Shown here piece after piece: positions 18,744-27,480 of a DNA stretch of 64,000 nucleotides (its first letter is position 1; every line of letters starts with the position of its first letter). The DNA lies in the NCBI GenBank assembly GCA_902386025.1, contig CABMHR010000004.1, forward strand, positions 1,075 through 65,074, in the 5' to 3' direction. The notes under the pieces were generated by a model. It was not told the DNA's origin. It did no database searches and was given only the letters and a program-made list of their open reading frames with translations. The position numbers were made by a program, and so were the translations under genes. This DNA is from an uncultured archaeon. Its GTDB lineage: Archaea > Nanobdellota > Nanobdellia > Pacearchaeales > GW2011-AR1.

Positions 18744-19256
18744 TTATCTCAATCCGCGTGATTTTTTTGCTGAAGAAGTCAATCCTCTTAATGCTCTGTT
18801 TTTATTTTTTGGACTGCAAATCCAGCTGATATTTTTATCTGATTTTATCTCCTGTCTCTGCGGGTCTACCAATATGACTTCGTAAAAATAATTCATTCCA
18901 TCTTTTCCAATCTGATAAGAATTCAAAACTTCCATGTTAATGAATTTTCTTGCTGTTCTCTGCTCTGCAATTCCCTTGTAGTTCATAATAAGATTCTTGT
19001 TTGTATGCATTCTTGCGCTTCTTCTTCCTTTGTTTGGACGAGGACGCTTATGCCCGCCTCTCTTGATTCTTACTCTTACTACTATAAATCCTGTCTTGTC
19101 TTTGTAGCCTAAAGCTCTTGCCCTGTCTAATCTCAATGGTTTGTCAACTTTTACGAAAACATCACTGTGACGCCATTCTATCATTCGTTTTCTTAAGGTT
19201 TCTTTGTCTGGTTTTTTCCAAGCTTCTTTTATATAATGGTAAAGTCCTTGAGCCAT
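18744..19256 (-). CDS. rpl15e: 50S ribosomal protein L15e
   Basis: MAQGLYHYIKEAWKKP and a basic core, typical of L15e. Confidence 0.9.
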   Translation of the reverse strand: MAQGLYHYIKEAWKKPDKETLRKRMIEWRHSDVFVKVDKPLRLDRARALGYKDKTGFIVVRVRIKRGGHKRPRPNKGRRSARMHTNKNLIMNYKGIAEQRTARKFINMEVLNSYQIGKDGMNYFYEVILVDPQRQEIKSDKNISWICSPKNKNRALRGLTSSAKKSRGLR

Positions 19257-19337
19257 ATGTTTCCTAAATAAAATTGGTTTAAAAATCTTCTCTTGAAAAG
19301 ATTTTTAAATATCCATTAATTTTTCCTGTAAAGAGAG

Positions 19338-19706
19338 ATGATAAAAGAATTTTTTGCTACAGATTTATGGAAATACCTGCTTGGAGCTATTCTTGGAACC
19401 TGCCTGCCAAGTCCTGTGGATCCAATCCATTTTTACATAGAAAATTGGCTTTACAAGCATAAAATTAAAAGGTGGAAATTTGAGGCATTGCAGCTTTTTG
19501 ATTGGTATCTTCTTGATGCATTATGGTATGTTTTACTTGCAATAGTAGCAATGCTTTTATTGCTGGATGACACAACGCAGATACAGGGAGCAACCACTAT
19601 AATGACTGTGATGGGAGTTGGAATGATAATCAGCATAGTTTGGAGATTCTGTAGCAAAAAAAGACACAAGGACATAAAGAGAAGAACTTTATGTTTGACG
19701 CAATAA
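19338..19706 (+). CDS. hypothetical membrane protein
   Basis: Three to four hydrophobic segments; no known motif. Confidence 0.4.
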   Translation: MIKEFFATDLWKYLLGAILGTCLPSPVDPIHFYIENWLYKHKIKRWKFEALQLFDWYLLDALWYVLLAIVAMLLLLDDTTQIQGATTIMTVMGVGMIISIVWRFCSKKRHKDIKRRTLCLTQ

Positions 19707-19744
19707 TAACTTTTAAATAACTTCTTTTTATGTAAATATAAGAT

Positions 19745-19821
19745 GAGCCTGTAGCTCAGCCTGGTTTTAGAGCACTACTCTGATACGGTAGGGGTCCACG
19801 GTTCAAATCCGTGCAGGCTCA
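19745..19821 (+). tRNA. tRNA-Ile (GAU)
   Basis: Acceptor GAGCCTG/CAGGCTC, D arm GCTC..GAGC, anticodon loop CTGATAC, T arm CACGG TTCAAAT CCGTG, discriminator A. Confidence 0.88.
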
Positions 19822-19891
19822 TTGACTGCACCAAATAAAAGGAAGATTAAGCGAAGGAAACCTTTGGTGTCCTCGCCAGTGCAGGCTCATT
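19811..19891 (+). repeat. 13-nt direct repeat GTGCAGGCTCATT (tRNA-Ile 3' end plus 2 flanking nt) at 19811-19823 and 19879-19891
   Basis: Exact duplicate read from the sequence. The 55-nt spacer contains the hairpin CACCAAA..TTTGGTG. Confidence 0.8.
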
Positions 19892-19908
19892 TTGTCCTAT
19901 TTCAATAA

Positions 19909-20589
19909 CTAATTTTTTACACCAAGCTCAAGAATTAATTTTCCTTCAGAAAGATTATAATCTCTTATAGGAAGATTTATCGGGATTCTTTTTGAATATG
20001 CTTTTTTGCTTCCAATTGCTTTTATTTCTATGCTGTTCTCAAGTTTTATTATTGATACATCATCTATGGATTCAACTTCAGGCATTTCAATTTCGTAAAC
20101 TACCTTGTCGGATAATCTTCTTATATTTGTCTTTGGCTCTTCTTTTTTTAAGCTTGAGAATTTTTTTATTCTTTCTTGTGTGAAAGTATCTTTTTTCAAT
20201 TTTTCAACTATTTTTTCTTCTGTTTTTTTATTGCTTCCTGCATTATTTATCCTTATTTTTGGTGGGCCGTTTCCAAATGTGGAAATGCTTATGCTTATTC
20301 CATCTTTTTTAACTTTCTTTGCTTTGCTTTCATCTGCAAAATTTCCATTCATCTGCTCTTCAAATTCTCTGCTTAAATTTTTCATAAGCGAATTAAAAAG
20401 TGTGTTAAATCCAAGAGGAAGCTTTATTGCATTTTCTATCGGAGTAAAGTCATTTTTTCCAAGAAGCCCGTTTTCTCCAATATCTTCTTCAAAGTCCACT
20501 CTGTTCCCGCAATAAGGGCAAAAGCCAAATTTTTCTTCTATTTTTCCCCTGCATTTTGGACATTTTTTTTTGTTAAACATATTAATCAT
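19909..20589 (-). CDS. zinc-ribbon protein with C-terminal Hsp20/alpha-crystallin-like domain
   Basis: N-terminal CPKCRG..CPYCG. The C-terminus YEIEMPEVESIDDVSIIKLENSIEIKA..YSKRIPINLP..GKLILEL follows the ACD pattern. Confidence 0.5.
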   Translation of the reverse strand: MINMFNKKKCPKCRGKIEEKFGFCPYCGNRVDFEEDIGENGLLGKNDFTPIENAIKLPLGFNTLFNSLMKNLSREFEEQMNGNFADESKAKKVKKDGISISISTFGNGPPKIRINNAGSNKKTEEKIVEKLKKDTFTQERIKKFSSLKKEEPKTNIRRLSDKVVYEIEMPEVESIDDVSIIKLENSIEIKAIGSKKAYSKRIPINLPIRDYNLSEGKLILELGVKN

Positions 20590-20663
20590 TATTATCCAAT
20601 TTCATTTATATAATTTTGGTAGGTAAATTCCATTTGCAGAATATTCTCTGGACTTTGCATAAA

Positions 20664-20734
20664 TGCGCAGTCCGGGAATTGGACCCGGCCCACAAGATTG
20701 GGAATCTTGTATTCTACCGATAAACTAACCGCGC
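20664..20734 (-). tRNA. tRNA-Gly (CCC)
   Basis: Reverse strand GCGCGGT..ACTGCGC acceptor (one G-U pair), anticodon stem CAAGA/TCTTG with loop TTCCCAA, T arm CCGGG TCCAATT CCCGG, 4-nt variable loop. Confidence 0.8.
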
Positions 20735-20786
20735 CTGTGATTTTCAGTATAATAATTAATTTAAATATGTTTATGGTTAAAATCTT

Positions 20787-21140
20787 ATGCTAGAGAGACA
20801 GATTAGATATAATCGTTTTACTTCAACAGCAGAACAGGAATTTGAAAGGCATAAATGGATTTTTTTAGTAATTAATGAACCAAGAGAACTTTCAAGAATA
20901 AAAGAAAGAATCTTTAGTCAACTGAAACCTATAAGCTTCAAGAAATTAGGCTATTCTGCAATACCTCTTTCAGGAGGATTATATTACGATTACTTTTCCT
21001 TTACCAGCGAGAGGGGGGAAATTGAAGAACCAAACAAAATTTATCATTCTAAAAAGTTCAAGCAGGACAGAGATTTGACAGAAAAGCGGGAACTTGAACT
21101 TTTAAAATATTTGGAGCCTATTTTTGAAGGCAGAAAATAA
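20787..21140 (+). CDS. hypothetical protein
   Basis: 117-aa ORF with no recognisable motif. Confidence 0.4.
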   Translation: MLERQIRYNRFTSTAEQEFERHKWIFLVINEPRELSRIKERIFSQLKPISFKKLGYSAIPLSGGLYYDYFSFTSERGEIEEPNKIYHSKKFKQDRDLTEKRELELLKYLEPIFEGRK

Positions 21141-21167
21141 TAAAAACTTGATTCTGATTGTATCCTG

Positions 21168-22589
21168 ATGGCTAAAAAATTTTATGTCACAACGCCAATT
21201 TATTACCCAAATGACATACCTCATATCGGGCATGCATATACAACAATAGCAGCAGATGTGCTTTCGCGATGGCATAAACTGAATGGGGAAAAAACCAGAT
21301 TTCTTACTGGAACAGATGAACACGGAAAAAAAATCCAATCTGCTGCAGAGAAACAGGGAAAGACTCCAAAAGAATTTGCTGACGAATTAATTCCCAAATT
21401 CAAAGATGCCTGGAAAAAATTGAACATAAACTACGACAGGTTCATAAGAACAACAGACAAAGAGCACGAAAAAGTAGTTCAGGAAGTCCTGAAAAAAGTT
21501 TATGACAAGGGAGATATTTATCTCGGGAAATATGAAGGATATTACTGCACTGCCTGCGAAGCATATTATACAGAAAAAGATTTGGAAAATGACTGCTGTC
21601 CTATTCACAAGACAAAAATTGAAAAACTGAAAGAGCCGAGCTACTTTTTCAAATTAAGCAAATATCAAAAAAAACTTTTGGAATTTTACAAAAAAAATCC
21701 TGAATTTATTTCTCCTGATTACAGGCAGAAGGAAATTATAAACCGCGTTAAGGAAGGGCTGAACGATTTAAGCATTTCAAGAACAAGTTTTGACTGGGGG
21801 ATTAAACTTCCATTTGACAAGAAACATGTCTGCTATGTCTGGTTTGATGCCCTGCTCAATTATTATTCTGGAGCAGACGGATTCTGGCCTGCTGATGTCC
21901 ATTTAGTCGGAAAAGATATTTTATGGTTTCATTCTGTAATCTGGCCTGCAATGCTTTTGTCTGCAGGAATTGAACCTCCAAAAAAAGTTTTTGCACACGG
22001 CTGGTGGACTTTTAACGGGGAGAAAATTTCCAAATCAAGAGGAAATGCAATTAATGTTGATGAATTAATCAGTATTGCAGGGGTTGATGCATTGAGATAT
22101 TTCTTATTCAGAGAAACGCCTTTTGGAGAAGATGGGGATTTTTCAAAAAAAATGCTGATTGAAAGATATAACAATGAACTTGCCGACAAACTTGGAAATT
22201 TAATTTCAAGAGTTGCAGCTCTGGCTGAAAAATACGAGCTGGAAAAAACAGAGAATAAGCTTCTGAAAAAATTGAAATTAAAAGAAATTGAAAAGCATTT
22301 TGAAAAAATTGAAATTGACAGAGCACTGAACGAAATTTTTGCATTCATTGACAACTGCAATGAGTATGTTCAGGCAAAAAAGCCATGGGAAACTCATTAT
22401 AAGAAAGTTCTGTATGAACTTTCTGACAGCATAAAAGCAATCGCAATCCTGCTTTACCCTTTTATTCCTTCAAGTTCTGAAAAAATTGCAAAGCAGTTTG
22501 GATTTGAAATCGGATACAAGGAAATTGAGAAGCCATTGAAGGAGAATAAAATTAAAAGGGCAGAAATTTTATTTAATAAAATAAAATGA
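21168..22589 (+). CDS. metG: methionine--tRNA ligase (catalytic core)
   Basis: HIGH motif PHIGHAYT, KMSKS variant KISKSRGN, and a CxxC knuckle in the CP domain. Confidence 0.92.
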   Translation: MAKKFYVTTPIYYPNDIPHIGHAYTTIAADVLSRWHKLNGEKTRFLTGTDEHGKKIQSAAEKQGKTPKEFADELIPKFKDAWKKLNINYDRFIRTTDKEHEKVVQEVLKKVYDKGDIYLGKYEGYYCTACEAYYTEKDLENDCCPIHKTKIEKLKEPSYFFKLSKYQKKLLEFYKKNPEFISPDYRQKEIINRVKEGLNDLSISRTSFDWGIKLPFDKKHVCYVWFDALLNYYSGADGFWPADVHLVGKDILWFHSVIWPAMLLSAGIEPPKKVFAHGWWTFNGEKISKSRGNAINVDELISIAGVDALRYFLFRETPFGEDGDFSKKMLIERYNNELADKLGNLISRVAALAEKYELEKTENKLLKKLKLKEIEKHFEKIEIDRALNEIFAFIDNCNEYVQAKKPWETHYKKVLYELSDSIKAIAILLYPFIPSSSEKIAKQFGFEIGYKEIEKPLKENKIKRAEILFNKIK

Positions 22590-22930
22590 CAGAAGAAACA
22601 ATTAACTTTTCATACTGGGAAAAAATCAATTTAAGAGTTGGGCAGATTGCTGAAGTTGAAGATATAGAAGGAGCAGACAAACTTTACAAATTGACTGTTG
22701 ATTTGGGAAAAGAAATAGGAAAAAGAACAGTATGCGCAGGATTAAAGAAACACTATTCCAAAAAAGAACTGAAAGGAAAAAAAATTATTCTTTTTGTAAA
22801 TCTTGCTCCAAGAAAATTAAAAGGAATTGAATCACAAGGGATGGTTTTAGCAGCAGTAAATGAAAAAGAGGACAAAGTTATTCTTCTTGCTCCTGAAAAA
22901 GATATGGAAATAGGGAGCAAAGTAAGATAA
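22586..22930 (+). CDS. tRNA-binding domain protein (MetRS beta/Trbp111/CsaA-like)
   Basis: OB-type tRNA-binding domain pattern (LRVGQIAEVEDIEGADKLYKLTVDLG...ESQGMVLAA). The ATG overlaps the metG stop (ATGA). Confidence 0.8.
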   Translation: MTEETINFSYWEKINLRVGQIAEVEDIEGADKLYKLTVDLGKEIGKRTVCAGLKKHYSKKELKGKKIILFVNLAPRKLKGIESQGMVLAAVNEKEDKVILLAPEKDMEIGSKVR

Positions 22931-22933
22931 TTT

Positions 22934-23185
22934 TTATTTAATTACATAATCAGGGATATACCTTAATTGACAAACAATTTCTGAATATTCTTCTTTAGAT
23001 ACGGATTTTGGCAGATGATACATTACTTCATATCCCAAAATAACGCTTATACTCCCAAGAAATTTGTCTTTAGCAGGTTTAATTGTTATTTTTTCTGCTC
23101 CAAAATGTTTGGCTTCTTCTTTAAATCGTTCTAAAGTCTCTTCGGAGATAGAATCTCCTTTTTTCAATTTAATTTCCAATTCCAT
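22934..23185 (-). CDS. hypothetical protein
   Basis: 83-aa ORF. ATG lies 21 nt from TTTAAAAA. Confidence 0.4.
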   Translation of the reverse strand: MELEIKLKKGDSISEETLERFKEEAKHFGAEKITIKPAKDKFLGSISVILGYEVMYHLPKSVSKEEYSEIVCQLRYIPDYVIK

Positions 23186-23223
23186 AAATCTTAATTATCC
23201 CCCTTATTTTTAAAGATTTATGT

Positions 23224-24003
23224 TTAATCTTTTTTTAATTTCATCTTCATCAAAATTCTTTTCAGCAATTTTTCCCTGTCTTTGTCAGAGTCATATGGAA
23301 CTTTTAAAAGTCTTGCAGCAATTTCCTTGTATGCTCTTGATGCATTGCTTTTTGGATGCGTGTGAATAACTGCATCTTTCATATTCAATGATTTTTGCAC
23401 ATTTATGTCTTCTGGAATCATTCCAAGAATAGGAATCTCAAGAATTTCTTTTACTGTCTCTGGAGTCATTTCAATATCGTTCTTTTTAACTCTCGTAACT
23501 ATAACTCCCAAAATTGTTTTTCTCATCTGTTCTGCTATCTTTATTGTTTTTAATGCGTCTGTCAATGCAGGCATCTCTGGGTTTGTCACCACAATCAATT
23601 CATCTGCTATCTGAATAGTTGAGAGAGCTTCATTTCCAAGTCCGGCAGAGCTGTCTACAATAATATAATCAGATATTTTCTTGAAATCTTCCTTAAAATC
23701 TTTCATTTTTTCTGGCTTTATTCTGCTTAATTCTTTTATAGACAATGATGAAGGCATTATTTTGATTCCTGATTCGTGTTCATAAACTGCTTCAAATGCA
23801 TCTGCTTTTCCAGACAAAACATGGTTTAAATTTATCGGAACTTCTGGAGAATTAAGATGAATCCCCACATTTGGGGTTGTTAAATTTCCATCAATTATAA
23901 GAATATCTCTTCCGAAATAATTCATTGCGGCTCCGAGATTTATTGCAGTTGTTGTTTTTCCAACACCGCCTTTTCCTGAAGTTATTACTATTATTTTTTT
24001 CAT
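23224..24003 (-). CDS. minD: MinD/ParA-family P-loop ATPase (archaeal MinD)
   Basis: Deviant Walker A SGKGGVGKTT, and DSSAGL. Confidence 0.85.
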   Translation of the reverse strand: MKKIIVITSGKGGVGKTTTAINLGAAMNYFGRDILIIDGNLTTPNVGIHLNSPEVPINLNHVLSGKADAFEAVYEHESGIKIMPSSLSIKELSRIKPEKMKDFKEDFKKISDYIIVDSSAGLGNEALSTIQIADELIVVTNPEMPALTDALKTIKIAEQMRKTILGVIVTRVKKNDIEMTPETVKEILEIPILGMIPEDINVQKSLNMKDAVIHTHPKSNASRAYKEIAARLLKVPYDSDKDREKLLKRILMKMKLKKD

Positions 24004-24024
24004 TTTAAAACGCAGAATATTATT

Positions 24025-24465
24025 CTACGATGAGAGAAATTGCTTTACTTTGCTTATAAATTTTTCTAACAACTCTGCATATTCCTTAAGTTTTTCAAGG
24101 TTGACATCTATCTCCTTCCCCTGATAAAAAATCTTTAAAGAAACATTTTTTCTGAACTCGCCTATCCTTTCTGTCCTCAGCTCTTTTATTTTTTTGAACA
24201 TTTCATACAAGTCAATAACCTGCAAAAATTCCTTGTCTTTCTTGAATAGCTCCCTTATTTCCTTAATCTGCCCGACAGGATTTGTAGGGATTGAAGAAAT
24301 CTTTTTCCTTTTTTTTGCGTGTTCAAGCATTTTTTCAATGCTTGTCTCAATCATTTTTTTCCATCTTAGAATCAGATTCATAATTACGTCGCACGTCTTG
24401 GTATACTTTAAGCTGACATAGAGCAGATGGTCTGCACTAATTTTTTCCTGAATTATTTCTTCCAT
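24025..24465 (-). CDS. hypothetical protein (alternative start 24498)
   Basis: ORF upstream of minD in the same operon. ATG 24465 lies 19-20 nt from TTTAAAAA; the start choice is uncertain. Confidence 0.4.
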   Translation of the reverse strand: MEEIIQEKISADHLLYVSLKYTKTCDVIMNLILRWKKMIETSIEKMLEHAKKRKKISSIPTNPVGQIKEIRELFKKDKEFLQVIDLYEMFKKIKELRTERIGEFRKNVSLKIFYQGKEIDVNLEKLKEYAELLEKFISKVKQFLSS

Positions 24466-24537
24466 ACAACCCCTCAGAAGTGTATTTTTAAAGGGCATTA
24501 TAGTATTTATATATTTCGGGAAATTAATGCCTAAAGA

Positions 24538-24864
24538 TTAACTTAATTCAAGAATTGCTTCTGCCAAATCGCTTGTTTTTTCCAATGCATTTCTGGCTTC
24601 TTTTTGGGAAGCTCCTGTCTTTTCCATAACAACTTTCACATCCTCTTCAGAAAAACCTTCGCCGCTTTCGTCAGAAACATCTCCTGTTATTTGGAAAGAT
24701 TCCTGCCCAGCCATTTTTATTTTTATTACAGAAGGATTGCTTATTACAAGTTTATTTCCATCTTCCTTTTCTATTATAACTCTTGAAGAAGGAATGTCGC
24801 TTTGATTAATTCCCATTTGCTTCATCATTGCCTGCATTTTTTTTGGGTCTAATCCTGGAATCAT
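24538..24864 (-). CDS. nac: nascent polypeptide-associated complex protein (NAC)
   Basis: NAC domain (VIIEKEDGNKLVISNPSVIKIKMAGQESFQITG) plus a C-terminal UBA-like EEDVKVVMEKTGASQKEARNALEK. Confidence 0.88.
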   Translation of the reverse strand: MIPGLDPKKMQAMMKQMGINQSDIPSSRVIIEKEDGNKLVISNPSVIKIKMAGQESFQITGDVSDESGEGFSEEDVKVVMEKTGASQKEARNALEKTSDLAEAILELS

Positions 24865-24865
24865 T

Positions 24866-25024
24866 TTATTTTACAAACATTCCCAGTGCAATTCTAAATA
24901 GAATTATAAGAATTATAAAAACTACAATATGGGTTGGTTTTAAATTGAATTTACTGGGATATTCTTCTTTAAATTTCACTAATCCACCGAATCCAGAAGG
25001 AACATTTACTCCGCTGTCTGCCAT
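24866..25024 (-). CDS. secG: preprotein translocase Sec61-beta subunit (52 aa), not in ORF track
   Basis: MADSGVNVPSGFGGLVKFKEEYPSKFNLKPTHIVVFIILIILFRIALGMFVK is tail-anchored with the GL-x-K/R-F/Y pattern. ATG lies 21 nt from the TATA. The stop is 2 nt before the nac start. Confidence 0.6.
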   Translation of the reverse strand: MADSGVNVPSGFGGLVKFKEEYPSKFNLKPTHIVVFIILIILFRIALGMFVK

Positions 25025-25045
25025 AGGTAAATTAGAAAGATAAGG

Positions 25046-25053
25046 TATTTAAA
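25046..25053. promoter_or_regulatory. shared TATA box (TATTTAAA) for divergent Sec61-beta/nac and valS
   Basis: 21 nt from ATG 25024 (minus strand) and 21 nt from ATG 25075 (plus strand). Confidence 0.6.
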
Positions 25054-25074
25054 AGTTTCTTGATATATTAATAA

Positions 25075-27450
25075 ATGGCTGAAAATATGACGGATATTAA
25101 ATCTGTTGAGGAAAAATGCAAAAAATTATGGGAAAAAGAAGGTGTATACAGATTTAATCCTAAAACTAAAAAGAAGATTTATTCAATTGATACTCCGCCC
25201 CCAACTGTTTCTGGGAGAATGCATATAGGGCACGCTTTTTCTTATTCGCAAAGCGATTTTATTGCAAGATTTATGAGAATGAATGGGAATGAAGTATTTT
25301 ATCCATTTGGGACAGATGACAACGGGCTTCCTACAGAAAGATTAGTTGAAAAAAGCAAAGGGGTAAAATCAAAAGATATGCCCAGAGAAGAATTCATCAA
25401 AATGTGCATGAATTTTTTGAAAGAGGAACTGCCTGTTTTTGTGCAGGACTGGAAAAATATCGGAATAAGCTGCGATTGGAATTTAAGATATTCAACTATT
25501 GATGATGAATCAAGAAAAATCTCCCAGTGGTCTTTTTTGGATTTATACAAAAAGAAAAGAGTGTATAGAAAAGATGCTCCTGCAATGTGGTGCCCAGAAT
25601 GCAGAACGGGGGTTGCACAGGTTGAAGTTCAGGATAAAGAAATTAATTCTTTTTTTAATGATATAATTTTCAAGATAGGAAAAGAAAATGTAAAAGTTGC
25701 CACCACGCGCCCTGAATTGCTGCCTGCCTGCGTTGCTGTCTTTTATCATCCAGAAGATGAGAGATATAAAAAATACAAAGGGAAAAATGCAAGAGTTCCA
25801 TTATTTAATTTTGAAGTTCCTGTTAAAGAAGATAAAAGAGTAGACAGAAAAAAAGGAACAGGAATTGTAATGTGCTGCACTTTTGGAGACCAGACAGATA
25901 TGGAATGGCAGAAAGCTTACAATCTTCCTATTAAAATGGCTATATCAGCAAACGGGAAAATGACTTCTATTGCAGGAAAATATTCTGATAAAAATATCAA
26001 AGAAGCAAGAAAGGAGATTATTGAAGACTTGAAAAATGCAGGGCTCTTGACAAGCTCTGTTCCAATAAAACATTTTGTAAATGTCCATGAAAGATGCGGA
26101 ACAGAAATAGAATTTGTAAAAAGCAAGCAGTGGTTTGTGAAATATCTTGATTTAAAATCTGATTTGCTGAAATGGGGAAAAGAACTTAACTGGCATCCTG
26201 AATTTATGAAACACAGATATGACAACTGGGTTAAAGGACTGCAGTGGGACTGGCTCATCTCAAATCAAAGATATTTTGGAGTTCCATTTCCTATTTGGTA
26301 CTGCAAAGACTGCGATGAAGTTATTTTGGCAAAAGAAAATCAGCTTCCTGTTGAACCCACTATGGACAAGCTTCCTGTAAGCAAATGCCCCAAATGCAAT
26401 TCAAAAAATATTATTCCAGAGACAGATGTGCTTAACACTTGGTTTACTTCTTCAATGTCGCCCCAGCTTGCGACACGCTCTGTGAAAGATGAATCCCTGA
26501 AAAAAAAATTATTCCCTATGAGTCTGCGCCCCCAAGCGCACGAAATAATCTCCTTCTGGCTTTTTAATACAATGGTAAAATCACGGCTTCATTTTGGAAA
26601 AAATCCATGGAAAGATGTTGCTATTTCAGGATTTGTTACATTGAAGGGGGAAAAAATGTCAAAGAGCAAAGGAAACGTCATATCTCCGCAGGAAGTTTTG
26701 GAAAAATACGGAGCAGATGCTTTAAGATATTGGGCAGCATCTTCAAAACTTGGCGAAGATTTTGATTATCAGGAAAAAGATTTGGTAACAGGAAAAAAAC
26801 TTGTAACAAAACTTCTCAATGCTTCAAGATTTATTTTTATGAACCTTGACGGATATAAGGGAGAAAAGCCAAAAAAACTTGAACCTCTAGACGATTTATT
26901 TTTAAAGAGATTAAATTCAATAGTTAAAAGTTCAACCGAAAACTTTTCCAGCTATGAATATTCAAAAGCCAAATCAGACATAGAAAACTTCTTCTGGAAA
27001 GATTTCTGCGATAATTATTTGGAGCTGATAAAAAAAAGAATATACAAAGGGGAGAAAGACAAGAAATTATCTGCCCAATACACTCTTCACAAGTCTCTTT
27101 TAATCATATTAAAATTATTCGCTCCTATAATTCCCTTTATCACCGAAGAAATCTATCAGGAACATTACAGAAAAAATGAAAAGATAAATTCAATTCATCT
27201 GACTGAATGGCCTGAATTTGAAAAAGAAAAAGATTCTTCTGATTTTGATTTGCTGATAAACAATCTTTCTTTCATAAGGCAGGAAAAGAGCAAAAGGCAT
27301 ATTCCCCTCAATGCTCCAATAAAACAATTTACAACTCCTGATTCAAAGATAATACTAAAGAATTACAAAGAAGATTTTGAATCAGCTTCAGGGGCAGAAT
27401 CAATCAATCAGGGAAATTTTCATACGCAATTTGCTGAAGATAATGCGTAA
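25075..27450 (+). CDS. valS: valine--tRNA ligase
   Basis: TPPPTVSGRMHIGH (HIGH region) and KMSKSKGN. The class Ia editing and anticodon-binding layout and the 791-aa length fit archaeal ValRS better than Ile/LeuRS. Confidence 0.8.
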   Translation: MAENMTDIKSVEEKCKKLWEKEGVYRFNPKTKKKIYSIDTPPPTVSGRMHIGHAFSYSQSDFIARFMRMNGNEVFYPFGTDDNGLPTERLVEKSKGVKSKDMPREEFIKMCMNFLKEELPVFVQDWKNIGISCDWNLRYSTIDDESRKISQWSFLDLYKKKRVYRKDAPAMWCPECRTGVAQVEVQDKEINSFFNDIIFKIGKENVKVATTRPELLPACVAVFYHPEDERYKKYKGKNARVPLFNFEVPVKEDKRVDRKKGTGIVMCCTFGDQTDMEWQKAYNLPIKMAISANGKMTSIAGKYSDKNIKEARKEIIEDLKNAGLLTSSVPIKHFVNVHERCGTEIEFVKSKQWFVKYLDLKSDLLKWGKELNWHPEFMKHRYDNWVKGLQWDWLISNQRYFGVPFPIWYCKDCDEVILAKENQLPVEPTMDKLPVSKCPKCNSKNIIPETDVLNTWFTSSMSPQLATRSVKDESLKKKLFPMSLRPQAHEIISFWLFNTMVKSRLHFGKNPWKDVAISGFVTLKGEKMSKSKGNVISPQEVLEKYGADALRYWAASSKLGEDFDYQEKDLVTGKKLVTKLLNASRFIFMNLDGYKGEKPKKLEPLDDLFLKRLNSIVKSSTENFSSYEYSKAKSDIENFFWKDFCDNYLELIKKRIYKGEKDKKLSAQYTLHKSLLIILKLFAPIIPFITEEIYQEHYRKNEKINSIHLTEWPEFEKEKDSSDFDLLINNLSFIRQEKSKRHIPLNAPIKQFTTPDSKIILKNYKEDFESASGAESINQGNFHTQFAEDNA

Positions 27451-27480
27451 TTTTATAAATTACATTCATCCTTTTATCAT

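Noticed and set aside
24828-25043. 71-aa plus-strand ORF from the track.
   Set aside because: It is antisense to the better-supported Sec61-beta ORF, which has a promoter at exact spacing, a tail-anchor architecture and an operon link to nac.
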